From Chrysomallon squamiferum (taxonomy: Eukaryota > Animalia > Mollusca), in NCBI GenBank assembly GCA_012295275.1, contig CM022665.1, forward strand, positions 26,164,001 through 26,228,000: a stretch of DNA of 64,000 bases, given 5' to 3'. The position numbers were made by a program, and so were the translations under genes. Below the pieces are notes generated by a model. That model had not been told where the DNA came from, made no database searches, and saw only the letters and a program-made list of their open reading frames with translations. This document shows, one piece after another, positions 25,189-37,900 of this stretch (within the stretch, counting starts at the first letter, position 1; each line of letters opens with the position of its first letter).

Positions 25189-25757
25189 TTTGAAACTGGC
25201 ACGTTCGCAAAATTACGTTACGAACTCTGTGGTGGAAAGTGACGATGGTTAGCAGTTACCTTTATAATACATGCGCAGATCGGATTAAGTGTTAAGAACC
25301 GTACACAGCGGCAGACAAATAATACACCGCTTTGACAGTCATAATCTACGAGATAACCACTCAGTGGTAACAATATAACGTAATTGTATATGCTTGTATA
25401 TGCTCGTGTTTTTTGTTATACTTTACTCTGATCAATAGATTCACGGTTTATTCGTTATTTTCGATAGATTATCTAAGGCAAATGTCACAAAGAACTTACC
25501 AGAAGGTATACATTTACGAATACAGAATAAGCAGATAGTGGTTTGTTTTGTGGTTTTGTTTTGTTTTAAGGATTTCTATTCTTTTTCTTCTTCTGTTTTT
25601 TTTTTTTTTTCTTTTGGTTTGTTGTTTGGTTTGGATGATCTTTTTTTTTTTTTTTTTTTTTTTTTTCAAATATTTATTGATTTTTAAACAGAAACTGGGG
25701 AGAGGTAAATTTAAAATTACATTACAATTATCACGAGTGTCTGAATAATCGGTTTTC

Positions 25758-25811
<54 letters not shown>

Positions 25812-25941
25812 AAGAGCATTTATATTATTACGATATATCTTGAGTGAGAGACAGAAATTTTAAAAATGTGACTAATATTTTTAATAACTGGAAGTTAATT
25901 TAATAAAAGCAATAGGTAAGAAAAATGGATTCAACAACATC

Positions 25942-25942
<1 letters not shown>

Positions 25943-25995
<53 letters not shown>

Positions 25996-25996
25996 T
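25943..25996. repeat. (AAT)n microsatellite
   Basis: This is a perfect trinucleotide run. Similar (TTA)n/(AAT)n runs occur at ~5253-5290, 16519-16572, 24511-24563, 31025-31073 and 61098-61152. Confidence 0.95.
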
Positions 25997-26329
25997 CAAT
26001 TGCTTATAATACTTTAACAATAAACTCGTTACTCATTCACCAACATTTATACTAAATCATCCAAGCAGCAGCAATCAGATTATCTACCCTGGGAAACAGA
26101 ACAAAAAATATAGGATGAATATTTGTCATTAATAGGCACATAAAGCGGGTTAGCTTCTAATTTAACCTGTACTTATGGGTGGTAGATATCGACTTAACCG
26201 TGGCGATTCCAAAGGCTAAAGTAAATTTTATTATATTTAACCAGAAGACACTGTTATATTCTAATATCGACTACTGCATGTCTGACATTTATTATTTCTG
26301 ACACATTAGTCATTTATGAAAATCACTTC

Positions 26330-26500
26330 AGTAAAGGACTATTTTTGGTTCAGAAAGCGCAACCCATGGCCTATTACAATCAGTCAAGAGGGACGAGCAC
26401 ACGGGATGAATCGACCAAGCGACCCAGCAAGTTGTTTTACGTCATTTACGACAGCGTTCTGTCGAGATACAAACCGCTCCACTGAGGTTAAGTCTAGAGA
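26330..26500 (-). mobile_element. Decayed SINE-like fragment
   Basis: This GC-richer patch has GGGATGAATCGACC...CGACC...CCGCTCCACTGAGGT, resembling the reverse complement of a tRNA-derived SINE head. Confidence 0.3.
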
Positions 26501-26608
26501 CAAAGGAAATGAGTTAAACAGTATTAAACAGAAAATTAATTCACATTAAATTTAAACAACTAGAAAAACGATAATGTCATTATTTTTAATAATAAATTTT
26601 ATTATTTC

Positions 26609-26612
<4 letters not shown>

Positions 26613-26675
<63 letters not shown>
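26613..26675. repeat. (CT)n microsatellite
   Basis: This is a perfect dinucleotide run. Confidence 0.95.
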
Positions 26676-26678
<3 letters not shown>

Positions 26679-27086
26679 CTTTTTATTTTGTTGTGTGTTG
26701 TATTTTACGTCACATATAGTTAACAGACGTATTTTACTGCATGGACAAATAATTACAAATCAACCATCAGTCAGCCATGTTCATATGGTTTATAAATTGG
26801 CAGACTGTTAATAAATAAAATAAAATAAACTGACAGTGTTACATTAAGTAACATGAACAGATTTGTACAATCAAATCCATAATATCACAATACATTATAC
26901 ACTGCTGTAATATTTAAGGTAACACAGCATCACAGTATTTAAAATATGCACGCCATGCGCGAAAATCACAAAAGAAACCACCAACTTAGAACAATACAGT
27001 GGTAATTTATTTGTATGACTGTCACGGCTAAAATATGCTGTTTTCAAAATCAGTAATAATCATTTCTTATTTTATTTTTTCCCCTC

Positions 27087-27128
<42 letters not shown>

Positions 27129-27629
27129 TCGCTTTGTTTTGTTGTTTTTTGTCTTTTAATTGTCGTGCGCTGCATATCGTTCGGAATAATATTTAAAGGG
27201 TGTTCTCAAACTTTCATCCAGTATATATGCCACTGAATACGCTACTCTGCGAATAATATATTATTAATATATACTAAGTACTGAGCAGACAACGTAACAA
27301 AATATTTACATAGAAAAACAGACATTAAAACTGTTGAAATAGATGTTCCATTTGACATCCATAATTTCTCTGAATAAAACAGTTATTAATACAGCATCAC
27401 GTGTCTATATTTTATCCTTTGAAATGGTTTGTTCAGTCTGTCAAGAGATGTTAGAATTATCCTTCCATTTGTATGGACAAATAGAGTTATGAATAATGAT
27501 AAAATAATAACTGATTAACGAAACTTCATTTTGTTATTATATTTTATATGCCAAATATAAATTTTCATCAACATCATCATCATCATTATTATTATTTGTT
27601 TTAATTATTATTATTATTGTATATCGAAG

Positions 27630-27720
27630 AAACAAAAGAAGAAACCCACTGCGGCAATACTCTTTACTAGCTCCTGCTGATTAGCGACAAAGGATCTTTT
27701 ATATGGACTTTCTAATAGAA
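27630..27720. mobile_element. Fragment of a mollusc-type interspersed SINE core
   Basis: AAGAAACCCACTGCGGC...TGATTAGCGACAAAGGATCTTTTATATGGACTTTC resembles a SINE core segment I recall from gastropod genomes. This was not verified by search. Confidence 0.45.
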
Positions 27721-28177
27721 AAATTCATAACATCGCTTCGATAAATGTGTCATATATTACCGAGTCAATGTCCCAGGGCTCGGTATTGTATACTGTAGTT
27801 TAGTCGTTTCAATATGCCTGCGGCGTGAAGGGTTCCAGCATCAGTGTTCCTTAGGTTATATTTTTTACTACCATGTGACCGTTAATTGGTTTATTAAACG
27901 TTTATAGTACGTGCTTTTATTTTTAGGGGGGGGGATTAAAACAGATAATAACAGCGAGTTTCTGCTCTTTATTTGTTGTAATTGTTTTAATCTGAAAACT
28001 AGTTAAGATTTCATTATCCGACTATCGGTAATGATTTATTATTTACCTCTGGAAACAGTGGTATATTTCGTACTGTTTATAATTTAATTATCTTAAATGT
28101 CAATTAAACTGTAAAATTACGTCTTTTAGCACTAGTATTGCTATTCTGCATTGATACAGTCCAACGTATGCCATTGA

Positions 28178-28320
28178 TGACCTTTTAACCATGTGACCTG
28201 TAACCCGGAAATAACAATCCAGCCTCGGTTTCGGACGGAACCCATCCAGCTGTGGAAGTGTCATTCCTGTGTAATTATCCCGTTGCTAAAATAGTTGGCT
28301 ACCGACCCTTTCGTCGGCTA
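28178..28320 (+). promoter_or_regulatory. ZFAND3 promoter / 5' region (CpG-rich, ETS-like CCGGAA, TGACCT half-sites)
   Basis: This CpG-rich segment lies directly upstream of ATG 28321 and has CCGGAAAT (~28205) and two TGACCT motifs (28178-28199). Confidence 0.5.
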
Positions 28321-31017
28321 ATGGAAGATTCGGGTAGTAGCCAACCCCAACGTTGCCCGTGTGGATTTTGGGGGTAAGTTATTTTGCATTTGTGATCAAA
28401 TTTTTCTCTCTAATGTGCATAAGGGTCGATCGACTGGACTTGCCCTTTTCCCAAGATGGAGACCAGCTTTGTGTTACAGGATCACTAAACCGTCAACGCG
28501 TATAACCGTTAGTGATATGTATCGTTTTTCATAATTTGCTTTTATTCACCAGATAATTTGTTACGAATAGTATCACTCAAAATAGTATTAAGAATAATAA
28601 GTAGTAATTCTATAATATCGCTGCCAGAGAAGAGATAAAAAAAAGAAAAAGGGGGAAAAAAAAAAGAGAAAGGGAAATAACAATGATTAGCATACTGACA
28701 ATGTAACACGCACCCACACATCCAGGTTCTCCCACTGCCATACATAATGTAACATTTTCGGATTTTGAAAATGAAAGTAGTGTGGAATTTTTTTTTTAAA
28801 TAATAATATATATGTATATAATCTGATTCTGTGCTAATCAAACGTGATTAATAGGATTCAAGAAATGGAAGATTGAATGTATTATGCACAGACTATCAAT
28901 GTATTATAACATAGCGAAGAAATGCAGTATATCTACTGCATATGTGATACTTTGACTTTTTGTGCTTAATTTACCACAGATTAAAATGTAATATTTAAAC
29001 ACTTTGTTTCTTTTAATAATAATTAAACAACTTTTTATTACATTTTTTTAAATATATACTGATACAGTTGCACATCTTTGATTCCCTATTCATCCATTAT
29101 TTCAGAAAAATGGAGTTAAAATTTAGGGAAACCCAGAGTGTTTAGAACTAAACCCTGATATATCAAAAAATTGCAGTTGTGAAAAAGCTCAGTACATATG
29201 CTGCAGCTTTAATGGTCACGAATATGGTACTATAATAAGAAGTGGACTGTCAGTGAACCTGATTTTATAAATCACTTGAAAAACATTTAATAGATTTATT
29301 TAATTTTTTTCTTATGTTGAAAAATGGACATTGTTCAGCTTCTAGCCACTTAGTCAATTTTACTCAGCTCGTATGTTTGAAAATATGCTTTAAACGAAAG
29401 GATAAACATTATTTTCATATTTGTTTTCTACTTTTTTATGATATGTTTTACAATTAATATTCTTTACAATTAAGAATTTTTCATTTATTTAATGATGTTA
29501 TTGTCAGCTATTCTACTATTTATGTCCTCTGTTTCCAGCTACAGTTTTGGAAAACAAAATATGAAGTATATCCCAATGTTTCATGATTTTCATTGCTTGT
29601 AAAACAATAATGTTTATGAGAAATAAACTGAAAATAACTACATGTTCGGCAAACTGATCGGCAATGTTGTGACATTGATCTGACATGAAAGTTATTACAA
29701 AAAAATAACATTCAACAAAAAGTTTATAGCCATTTTTCACAGTAAAAATCAGAAATGAAGTGAGCATTTAATAGCAGTGTTATTTTCAGTTATTTTATTA
29801 TTTCTGTCCAGAGGCAGAGACTTAATACAAATATAATATAATTTTTGAAACTACTATATGAAGGCAGGAGGAAAGGAGTGACTTGAAAATAGCATAGTGT
29901 ACCTAATAGTTATACTGATACCACAGTTACATTAAATAATCCTCTCAAATTATAAAATAATCTGCCAATATTTTAAAGGAACAATTCTATAGAATTCCAT
30001 TTATACAGGTCACAAAATTCTAAGATGTCTAACTTCAGTAATATCTAGCATGCTTAAAACAATAAATAATACATGAATATTTGTATGCAAGTAGAGACAG
30101 TTAAATTTAACTAAATAAATGTAAGTCCATTTTCCTTAAATTCTTGAAATGTTCTTCAAGTTATTATTTGTGTAATTTAAAAAGAAAAAGAAAAAATTAA
30201 ACATCTTAAAGCACAATATGAGCCAAACTGAGACTGCTATGCATATTCAGAAATGTTTCATTATGAACAAGTATTGTACAATTAATTTCAAAAATGGTAG
30301 GACCATAACTGATTTTATAAATACTTATGCAACTATTGTTCCTTATGCTATAAATGTCTAGTTAACATGTAGATTCATGTTGAAAAACAAGTAACTACTG
30401 AAAAGTATGATGAACATTCATTTCTGAAAAAAGCATATTTAAATTTATAATAACAAATAATAAATATAATTTATAAATATGTTGGTGTCTATGTAGTACA
30501 GTCATTCCAGTCAGGTTTCAGTGGGCAGTGTCTGCCAAAGTGACAGAAAGTAACTTAACAGAAAAGATTGCATTGTTTTTTTACCTCAAGATTTTTATTA
30601 TACAGTGTACAATAGTCACCAGACATGCATATTTCTAACACACAAGTTTATATTTGATCTACATAGTTCTTTAAAAGTTTACACATACACAATTGTTTCA
30701 AGTGCACAAACACACATACACCAGAATTCTTCTTATATAGACTATTATCTTTATCCATTGTCACATAACCTTTACATATAGATAATAAAGGTATTAACTT
30801 TTTACATTATTTTGTAGGTACTTGTTTATCTATTCTCTATTTTAACTGCCTCTTTAGTCTTTTATGATCTGGCATCCATTGATTATACTCAGTTCTCCAA
30901 ATGTGACATTAAAATAAAATAAATTAGTACTTGTTTTGTAGTTATAAAGTCATGTTAAATAAAATCTACAGAGTAATCCTAATTCCTTGTAGTTATTCAG
31001 TTGTTCATACTTTTATT

Positions 31018-31074
<57 letters not shown>

Positions 31075-34000
31075 TTATGCATTAAACTTCTTTTAATTGG
31101 GATATTTGTTTGTTTTGTTTTGTATGTAAGGGATATGAATATAGATATGACCAGGAGGGTGTATGTGACTGTGTGGATATGGATGTAAGTGTATTAAAGT
31201 GAAGAAAAAAAGGAACATTAAAGCTGGGTTTTTTTTTACTCATGAAACAAGGTATGTAACATTGACACTAATTATATATAGCTGAATGACTGCTTATTTG
31301 TTCATTGGGTTAATTTTGTATTTCTCTATGCAGCCAGAGCTACAGTAACATAGGATATAATAAAAATAATAGTTTACTGAATGTGTGTGTGTGTGTGTGT
31401 TTTATCAGAGGTTGTATATGATTTAGTGAGTGGATATATTTAAGTATTTTACCTGTGGCAAATAGTGGCACTAGACAGTTTCTAAATTAATTATCATTCT
31501 ATGACTGGTACCCAGTACAGATTGTTATTATTTTTTTTCAATGTCTTGCATAGTTACCTTTTATTTGACTTCATTACCCGTGTTGTGTGTATGGAGATGT
31601 ATTTTTATTTTTAATAGTATATCCTAATATAGTTTTGCTGGGAAAGTACAGTCTTGATTGCATCATACTGATGGTTTTTACTTTTGGCTTAATATATTTT
31701 GTCTTTTCTAGATCATCCAAAACTTCTGGCTTGTGTTCAAAGTGCTACAAAGGTGGGTAATATTTGATATTTCTTTCTTCTTCTTAATTTTTTAATGAGA
31801 AGAAAACATTTAGTTAATTTACTTTTTATTTATTTATTAGTATTAATATCTCTTTTTGTTTAAAAAACCAAACAAAAACAAGATGCAAATAAATAAACAG
31901 GTATAAAAAAGAAATCTCCTAACCCATAGTCAGGATAATGTAACTGATACGTGGAGTTCTTAAGTAATAATGATTTTGAAATGATGTTTCTATACTTCCT
32001 CATTCTATATTTACTTGGTTTTATCTTATAAATTTAAAATGAACATGTCAACAATATAAAATAGTTTTATTTACATTGTTTATTTAAATCCATGGGCTTT
32101 GATATTGCTTTGATGCAGAATAACAAAGGAATAATCCAACCCATTCAAAAGTTTCTTTTCATTTATATTAATCACAACAAAAGCACATTCTAAAACAGTT
32201 GGAAAGTAAATTACTTCTAACTTCTGAACTCATTAGCTTTTTAAATCTTTTTTGAATGAAAGGTTCTGTAATTTGTTTTCATGTGGGATAACCTATCCAT
32301 GTTACAGGGCTTATTTCACAAAATGCCCAGACTTAATTAGCTGTGAGAGTATGAACAAGATTATGGAGCTTTTATTTCAATTATTTTTAAGTACAGATCT
32401 CTATCTAAATACAAACCATAATGCACTCTGAGCAACACCCCACTTCTTCTACCTTTCTGTTAAAATGTATCTCTATGTACAGTGATTTTATGGCACCTCA
32501 TTAAGTATCATGTGCATTGCTCTACTTCTGAAAGGAAAAACAGTTTGGGTTGTGTTAACTGTTGGAAGTCCTTTGTTATTTTCTTTTTTTGTTGCTGTAG
32601 CTCATCACATCTAGGCTGACACAAAGTCCCATTTGTTACTTGTCCACTGTCACTGATGAGTTTGAACATGAAGTAACCTAATCTATCCTCTGTTCTGTTC
32701 TTGCAGAGGATATTGACATCAGCAAAGGAAAAGAACCCAGGGAGACAGGTTTGTGTTTAAAAAAAAAAAAAAAAAAAAAAAATAAAAATAAAAAGCAATG
32801 TACTCTCAAGCTGTCTTTAAAAAGATTGTAATAATTTATTGTCCCATGTGGCTGGAAATGTAAAAGGATGCTGGGATGTGTTTGATCATCTTTTATTCAG
32901 TACATTTTTCTTTATATGACTTTTCTGTTAGTTCACTTTATATAAATATTTATATTTATTTATATATCCACTGTAAACACAAACTGCTAGAAAACATTAG
33001 TGAATAATTTTATACTACTTCAATAGCTGATTAAAAATTGTATCTTCAATCAAATCTGTGTCTTTATGTTAACCCCAGATGTCATCGGTGGTTAATACTT
33101 CTTACATTGTTCTTGTTATTTGTCTTTGAGAAAGGAAAGATGGAAAAATAACTTCTTCAAATTTCAGATTTGGTTAAATTTTTCTTTTTTAAACAGATCC
33201 TAGAAAGCCAAATATTTCACATACAAGTAGTTCTTCTTACTGTTCTACGATGGAGCCATCACCACATACCTCTAGAACACCTAAAGACAATATTGGCAAA
33301 AAAAATTCAAAGAATGGTAGTGAAGACATTCATGTTCAAAAAGGAAACACTAGCTCAAAGGATGTAACAGTTGGTTCTCATTCAGGTGTTTCCTGGGATA
33401 AAGATGGGGTTGCTGACAACAGTCCTAGTGTTTTAACTGATCTATCCAAATCAGATAAGCAATGTGCAAAATCAGAAGATGGTTCAGAATCTACTGATAC
33501 ATCATCTTCTGTTAATAAAGACATTTCTGTTAATGACGATGTTCAAAACCCAAGTATTTCCGAAAACAGAAAGGGTACAAAAAGGTAATCCAGTTTTGTA
33601 AATTATTATTTTTAATAATATGTTGGCTGAAACAAATTTCATTTAAATATCATATTCAGTTAGGGCCATGGCAGTATATTTTTCAAGTATTTGTTTGTTT
33701 TATTTACTTCTTTTTTTAAGCAGTTTTAGGTTCATCAATTCTGATTGTGTTCTTTCAAGCAAATTTATTTTAATATTTCTTATTATTTTAGCATGATCCT
33801 GTTAAAATTTTTGTGATACAACTTCAGTTTGCTTAGCAGCAGTTCTGTTAAATTTGTTTTTAAGCATTGAAAAATTGAAATTAACTACATTAATATTTAT
33901 ATGTGTGCAGGAAAATACTAATTTAATTTCTGTTGAGCAGAGACAGTTCAGTTCTGGATGATGAATCACCTCAAAAAGTTGCAATTGTTCAAAAGAACAA

Positions 34001-34959
34001 GAAAAGATGTTACAAATGTAGCAACAAGCTGGAGCTAGCTCAAAGAGAAATAGGACGATGTAGATGTGGTTTGTATAGTTTCTCACAGGATCATATTAAG
34101 TGAAAAAATTTCACTAATTGTAACAAATTTGTTTTTCATATTATAGTTACTATTTCATCAGTATTTCCAAGAAGTAAACCCTTATTCAAGCTAATTATTT
34201 ACAGCTTAAATAAAAGTAATGCAAGTTCTGTATAATAAATAATAATTAGTACATTAAAAATTGCTGTATCAATACAAACAATCAAGATAATTTCAAATTG
34301 TATATAAAGATATTTTATGTTGAATGTCTTTTTTGGCTGTGAAATTAAAATTTTATTGTATATCTCTAAAGATTATATATTTATCAATCTTTAAATCTAT
34401 TTAAAAAAAATGTTCTGCATTTTAGTATTTGTTGATCGACTGATTTATGTTGTATGAACCATAATTGTTTTTAAAATTATTATTATTGCTCAGTACTTCC
34501 TTCATCAATAATATTATCTTGTCCTTGACAACAGAAAGAAATGTAATATTTGTTACATTAATTAAATATTATACCATATCAACCAGAATCTGCTGACAAA
34601 AATGTATTATATTTTATTCGCATTTTCTTTTGACTCGCAGGCATTCATTTCATATATAAAATAATAACATTTGAGAGGCAGCGTGTATGAAAGTTGTTAC
34701 AACTATACACTACTCAAGTATGTATATATTACATAGTATTATGCAGTGGTAAGTTATTGGCATGTAGAAATTAGAAGTAACAAATAAGAAGTACAAGTTT
34801 ATTTCAGGTTTGATATTCTGCCCTCTGCATAGACTGCCAGAACTACATAACTGTAACTTTGACCATAAAGAAGATGGCCGCGAGAAGGCCCGTGAGAAAA
34901 TGATTAAACCGACTCGCCATCTTGGAACCTCTTTTCGTCGCCTGGATACTGATTTGTGA
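28321..34959 (+). CDS. ZFAND3: AN1-type zinc finger protein 3 (N-terminal A20 and C-terminal AN1 zinc fingers)
   Basis: Exons 28321-28373, 31712-31752, 32707-32748, 33197-33584, 33941-34068 and 34808-34959 are phase-consistent GT-AG. The A20 finger is [21 protein letters not shown] and the AN1 finger is [50 protein letters not shown]...[10 protein letters not shown]. Confidence 0.93.
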
Positions 34960-37900
34960 TTTTCTGATCATTCAAATAGCAAGCAAGAAAAATTAAAATC
35001 TCCAGTTGTATTCAGAATTTAAAAAAAAAAATAGAAATGAAATGGCTTCATGTCAGAGGATGCATAATTATTATGGATTTCATAATAGACTCATTGTTCA
35101 GTGTTAGTATTTGTTACTTAAATCACTAACACTATTTGAAAAAAGACTGTTGGACGTCAAATGTTTTGTCTGTAGCAGTGTGCAGTTGCTTAACTCTTGT
35201 ATACATAATTATCAAACACTCACTGGTGTGTAAATAAACAACACACATCCTGGAGGCAGAGCTTATAAACTACCTACCTCCTGTTTTTTTGTTTTTTTTT
35301 AAATAATTATTTTTTTATTATTATTATTTTATTTAGGTATTTATTTTATTTTATTTTATTTATTTATTTTTATGTTTTTTAGTTTTTTTTCCTTTAAATA
35401 TACTTTATATAAATATTGTGAAATATATTATGAATCATCATTAGATGATTTTTCATGCTGTATTTTATACCAGATAACTGATGACAGGTTTTGTAGGTAT
35501 TATCAATGTTTTATGTATTAAAAAATTATATAGATATATCTGTAGTATAAGCAAAAATTTAAAGACCTTTCTAAAGGATTAAAATTTATATTTCCAAATA
35601 AATGTTCCATTTGCAAATTGATACATGTTCATTTAAGTTTGGTGTTTTTTGGAGGTTTTTTTCAAATCATTAATAAATATCTTGAAATAATTATAAATTG
35701 AGCTAACTTAGAAAACATTTAATTCAAATTGAACATATATGAGTGGCTTTAGTTTCATCACCAAAATTTTAATTACCTCATTGTGTTTTAGGTTTAAAAT
35801 GTGCTATATGTTTTCTTATAGCCAAGTTTGTTTTTGAAATTCCGTGAAAGAGACTTACTTTTCAGGGCAAATGGAACACACAAATGATATTAAAGCGCGC
35901 GTGTGTGTGTGTGTGTGTGTGTGTGTAATTATCACAACACAGACTTGTTCATGTTCACATAATGCTAAAGGCTGCACTACACCTTCAATAATAAATTCAT
36001 TTTAAAAATGGATTTTAGACACTTTTTTTCTTTATGGTGGGGACCATCATAAATATAGTTATGTTAATTTTGTTGATTATGTATGTGTTAGCATAATTTA
36101 TACAACACTTATAATTACACATATAATCTTAAAACATTAGAAGCAATAATTAATCATTTCCACCATTTCTGCAGATTACCACTATTCTGCTGATAAAGCT
36201 AATGTCATGTTTGGTTTTGTTTTTCTTGCTTTTTCTTTCACTCTTGGACCAGTTTATTGTCTGTAGTGATGACAATGTGAATGATGTTGATTTTGATAGT
36301 TATGGGATAAAAATTAATTACCATTCTTGTTTTGCTGTGATCCTTATCATTTTAGATAAAGATATCTATCAGAGGCTAAAGAATTCACAGCCTTAAGTAA
36401 AAATTTGCGTGTGTATCAATTTTGATTTATTTTTTCTTTAATTTTCTTAATGTATTATGAAGATTTTTTCTTGTGTTTGCTCTTCATAAATATTGTGATA
36501 AAATAATATTTTATTTTTATTACAATATTCTGGAATAATTTAATATTCATAATTGCTCTGCATGTGTAAATGTGTTTACAAAAGCAAAGAAGTATAACTG
36601 GATATGCAACTTTGTACATACATTTCTGTGTGCTTCCGTTTGTCATTTTCTAATCTATTATTTCATATCTGGAAATGATGTAATTATAATTTTTTTTATT
36701 ATTTTTTTTTTTTCAAGCAATTATTTATCACTAACAATGTAACTGATTTTTGTAGACAGTTATGTTGGAATTTCATCTATATTATTATGGTAACAATGTT
36801 GCTGTCCCAGAAAAAAAATGTAATATATATTACTGAAACTACTGATCCTCATGTTAAATTTCTAAGACCATTATGACCAGTAGGCATTATATTTAGATAT
36901 GTTATCCCTGTTTGTAGTTTGTCTAAGCAACTCTTATAAGAATGATTGTCCAGTTGTGCTCAATTAAAACAATGTATAGTAATTGATATAATGTTTATCC
37001 TTGCCTTCTGTTATACATTTCTTTATTCTAATTCAAAAGGAATGATTTTCCCAAATTAACACATCTAAAAACAGTTTAGAAAAGATAAAGCAGAACACAG
37101 GAAAATAAAAAATATTATGTTAACATAATGTAAGTGTTTAAGTTGTTAAAAAAACAGCTGTATGCTTTTGTACGTATGTATGTCTTCATACTATATTACT
37201 AGTGTTAGTAGAAAAATTAATGTAAAATATTTATCCAGCATGCCAAGAATATTTGTCTTAGGACATTTTTACCCAAATATTTTTGTAAATACTTTCAATT
37301 GAAGCAGTTTAATAATTCAGGTTAAGAATTTTGTAAGATTTAAATAGTTCTGTTAATGTTTAAATAATGCAAGTGTTTAAGTTGTTGTTAAAAATAATTC
37401 AGTATGCTTTTGTCATTTAAATAATAAAGAGTTAAATAACGCATGTCCTTCACAAATTATCTTTTACTGCAGTAACTTTGTTCTAATTTATTATATTACA
37501 GTGCTAGGAATTTTCAGAGTTTTTACTCATTTATTTCAGCTTTCATTTTTGAATTTTAAAAAAAAAAAGTAAGAAAATGAATTTAATTGAATGTTTGGAA
37601 TAAATTTAAAACAAAAAAGAAACAAAAAAGTTTTGTTTTACAGCATGAAGCATTTCACATTTACAGAAAATAACTAACAATGTTATACAAAATATTGTTT
37701 ATAATGTTTATTAGAATTTGTGTAATCATTCACTTGTCTATTTCCTGCTTTTAATTATTGGCATATATATATAGTTTGTAATTTCTAATATTACTAATAT
37801 AGACCGACATATCTATATTAAAGTAATAAATGTCCTTTTTGTAATTTTTTTCTTCAATGGCTTTCATACATTCTGCTTGATGTGTTTAACTTTCATCTAT

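Noticed and set aside
32652-32680. CTGATGAG...GAA resembling a hammerhead ribozyme core
   Set aside because: There is no GAAA after a proper stem II and no stem I/III pairing.
33904-33940. Upstream alternative acceptor TGTGCAG at 33910 for ZFAND3 exon 5
   Set aside because: It introduces an in-frame TAA within five codons; the 33940 acceptor gives the intact AN1 finger.
36202-36396. 64-aa ORF with a signal-peptide-like start
   Set aside because: The hydrophobicity comes from T-rich sequence in the probable ZFAND3 3' UTR, and there is no other support.
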